A stretch of DNA of 36,852 nucleotides from a virus (taxonomy: Duplodnaviria; Caudoviricetes). Below the pieces are notes generated by a model, which had not been told where the DNA came from, ran no database searches, and worked only from the letters and a program-made list of their open reading frames with translations. The DNA is taken from IMG/VR virus record IMGVR_UViG_3300043932_000246, positions 1 to 36,852 of that record. One strand, written 5' to 3'. Shown here in pieces: positions 36,845 to 36,852 of this stretch. Every line of letters starts with the position of its first letter. The stretch's first letter is position 1. The translations under genes and the position numbers were made by a program.

Positions 36845-36852
36845 ATAAAATT

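Overview
AT-rich, Clostridium-like chromosomal window made almost entirely of two tandem phage-satellite-like (PICI-like) islands integrated at the 3' half of a tRNA-Thr(CGT) gene (intact copy 36726-36801, minus strand; 45-46 bp att copies at 83-127 and 14351-14396). Element 1 (~14.3 kb) encodes a tyrosine integrase, a Uma2 nuclease, a cI/cro switch with three perfect operators (cro broken by an amber codon), an excisionase, a Toprim-VirE primase-helicase with downstream iterons, a TerS-like HTH protein and a sigma-70 factor. Its distal cargo is DUF262 + DUF3800 + a small nuclease-like gene with a convergent, promoter-driven ~80 nt structured RNA. Element 2 (~22.4 kb) encodes a different integrase with an inserted XRE domain, a close Uma2 paralogue, a cI/cro switch, Rha, an excisionase, two initiator-like proteins with iterons, a J-domain protein, two TerS-like proteins, an orphan HicB, a lone tape-measure/SLT protein and an XRE + ImmA/IrrE-Fic fusion. 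No capsid, portal, large terminase or lysis genes were recognised. The least explained features are two non-coding mosaics (33382-34493 and 26040-26520) of short pseudo-palindromes, several of which translate into fragments resembling phage antirepressor variable motifs. All family calls come from motif recognition by eye; no database searches were run.
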